A stretch of 64,000 nucleotides of DNA. Origin: Emiliania huxleyi CCMP1516 (taxonomy: Eukaryota). The notes below the pieces were generated by a model, which saw only the letters and a list, made by a program, of their open reading frames with translations, was not told where the DNA came from and did no database searches. Numbering within the stretch: position 1 is the first letter of the stretch; every line of letters starts with the position of its first letter. This document shows, piece after piece, positions 62,054 to 64,000 of the stretch. The stretch is taken from assembly GCF_000372725.1 (NCBI RefSeq), contig NW_005201154.1:1-64000 (forward strand). The letters are read 5' to 3'. Both the position numbers and the translations under genes were made by a program.

Positions 62054-63250
62054 TCACTGCTCAGAACTCTCCTCCTCGCCGTCGTCCGCTTCACGAGCCC
62101 TTTGTAGGACCTCTACCAAGCTATCCGCAGGCACTCCGTTTGCAACAGTTGTGCCGAGCCGCACACCCATCGCCGAGTCTGAGCCCTCAATGATGGGGAC
62201 GAGAGAGACGGCGGCATTCGGCGCAGCCACGAGTTCCTTTTGCATTTCGCCGTAGTAAACGCCTCCACCGTCATTCCGTCGGATGCATTTTGCAGCTTCC
62301 GGATGCTCGGCCGTGAAGCGAGCCTCCTCGGCTCGGCAAAGCCTGCCCACGGCCAGCACGCTCAGACACGTCTGCTGCACGCCGCGCACGCTGGTCTGCA
62401 CGTCATCAGCATAGAGCTGCGGGTTCTGCGCCGATCGTTCCAGCGCAACTTTTGCTCGCAGCCCGTCGTCGATCGCCTCGATAATCGCCAGGTCTGCCAT
62501 CCGACCGCCAGGCAGGACAGAAGCGGCCACTGGGTGATCCGGTGGGCTAACCCCAAAGCCGGTGCAGGAGAAGGGGCGCGGCTCGCGCTGCTTGACGACA
62601 GAGGCCGAGGGGCCTTGCTGCTCGTGTATCCATGGACCGGCTCGCCAGAGAATCGAGGTGGGGAGGGAGGAGGAGTGGCACTCCTCGAGCGAAGCCTTCA
62701 AGTCCGTTGGGAATAGAGGACGTGCGGGCGTTGGCTCAGCCTCCAGCGCCTCGGCGCGTTCCTCTGCTCTGCACATCCATGTGTGGAGCTCAGCATTGCG
62801 AGCGCTTCTCTCCTCTGCACGACGAAGAGCATACTGCTGCGGCGAGACGCCGTAGGAGTCAGGTGCTGTGGCGTCAGCCCCAGCATTGAGAAGTGCCTCA
62901 CACACACCCCGGAAGCCCTCCTGTGCTGCGTAGCTCAGCGGAGTGGTTCTTGCACGGCCAGTGGGTAGGTCGGGAGTAGCGCCTGCGGCAAGAAGCGCGA
63001 CGGTGCACTCGAGTGCTCCCACCATCGACGCTGCTGCGAGTGCAGTCAGTCCAGAAGAGCTTGCAGCATCGGGGGATGCACCCGCAGCGAGCATGGCCTT
63101 GAGGAGCTTCACGCGACCGACTTCGGCGCACGCAACCAGCGGCGACTCACCCTGCGGCGACAGACCCGACACGCCTCCGGGCCATGTAGCGAGAGCCTCC
63201 ACAACCTCCTCTGCCGTGCCGCCACGGACAAGATCGACGAGGTTTGGCAT
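62054..63250 (-). CDS. Ankyrin-repeat protein
   Basis: GESPLVACAEVG, GLTALAAASMVG and TTPLSYAAQEG...LLNAGAD. The 3' structure is uncertain. Confidence 0.8.
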   Translation of the reverse strand: MPNLVDLVRGGTAEEVVEALATWPGGVSGLSPQGESPLVACAEVGRVKLLKAMLAAGASPDAASSSGLTALAAASMVGALECTVALLAAGATPDLPTGRARTTPLSYAAQEGFRGVCEALLNAGADATAPDSYGVSPQQYALRRAEERSARNAELHTWMCRAEERAEALEAEPTPARPLFPTDLKASLEECHSSSLPTSILWRAGPWIHEQQGPSASVVKQREPRPFSCTGFGVSPPDHPVAASVLPGGRMADLAIIEAIDDGLRAKVALERSAQNPQLYADDVQTSVRGVQQTCLSVLAVGRLCRAEEARFTAEHPEAAKCIRRNDGGGVYYGEMQKELVAAPNAAVSLVPIIEGSDSAMGVRLGTTVANGVPADSLVEVLQRAREADDGEEESSEQ

Positions 63251-64000
63251 TTCCAGGAGTGAAACGTTCGAGAAAGTTGAATGTCGGCGGCATCGAGCAG
63301 CCAATGGCAAGCATCGCCGTCCATGCAAGGCGAGCTGAGCGCTTTCCTGGCGCAGCACGGATGGTCAGCACGAGTCGAGGCGCACGAATGGTCCCGGTCG
63401 ATCGCTCACGATCCGAAGAAGGCTGTCGCATCAAGTGGCAAAGAGCCAACTTCGCCAAGAGTTACCCTCCCAAAGTTGCCGCAATCGCCACGGCGGTCTG
63501 ATTTTTCGAAGCCATCGCCCGTCTCGGCCTCAGGGCGTGCACAGCAAGCTGACGAGAAAATTCGCGACGACCCCATTGCACGAGCGAGACGCCGTGGGTC
63601 GTCCCACGCAGCCCCGCCGCTAGGCTGCCGCTGCCGTGTGATGTCCATGGAACCGAGTCCCTCGCCCACGTTGGCTGAGGCTGCTGTTGACCATAAGGCA
63701 GCTCTCTCTCTCTCTCTCTCACGGCCGTCAGCCTTGTCTATTACAATGCGGGTCTGCTTGGTGTAGGCGTTTGCAACGCATCTCAGTTCTCCACGACCAA
63801 AAGTCATTGCGGAGGCAGTCATCGCAAGCGAAGAGTCTCAGTCGCTGGAGCTGGGCATGCGTAGCGTCCACTTGGCGGCGCGAGCAAGCTCAAGCCGGCC
63901 ACCGTCGCCTCCGCTACCGCCAATAACGTGCATGCCTCTCGCGTCGCAGCGACTTGGTCTACTTGGCTACTCGCGGTCCCGGTGCATCCATGCGTCAACG

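Overview
GC-rich eukaryotic nuclear DNA with four N-gaps. It is probably a haptophyte such as Emiliania/Gephyrocapsa huxleyi, inferred from the frequent GC-AG introns, 10-11 bp intronic tandem repeats and (CA)n tracts. About 22 protein genes can be supported, including a MetE-like Zn-thiolate transferase fused to a flavin monooxygenase, an F-box-like/RCC1 protein, a MORN1 orthologue with at least 16 introns, a GT47 exostosin, a JMJD8-like JmjC protein, a HET-like/MORN protein, eIF1, a tandem Cys-less LOV-like protein, two ankyrin proteins, a bestrophin, BMS1, a GNAT-MIF4G fusion, an RhaM mutarotase and an FKBP. Intergenic DNA is dense in mobile elements. These include 5'-truncated LINE copies with (TTTC)n or (TTTA)n tails and 7-10 bp target-site duplications (TSDs), Harbinger-like MITEs with CWG TSDs, and a 39-bp inverted repeat whose right end reads CACAGTG. 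The most striking element is a young, internally deleted copia retrotransposon whose two 187-bp LTRs start and end with CG instead of TG...CA. All calls come from reading motifs by eye; no database searches were run.
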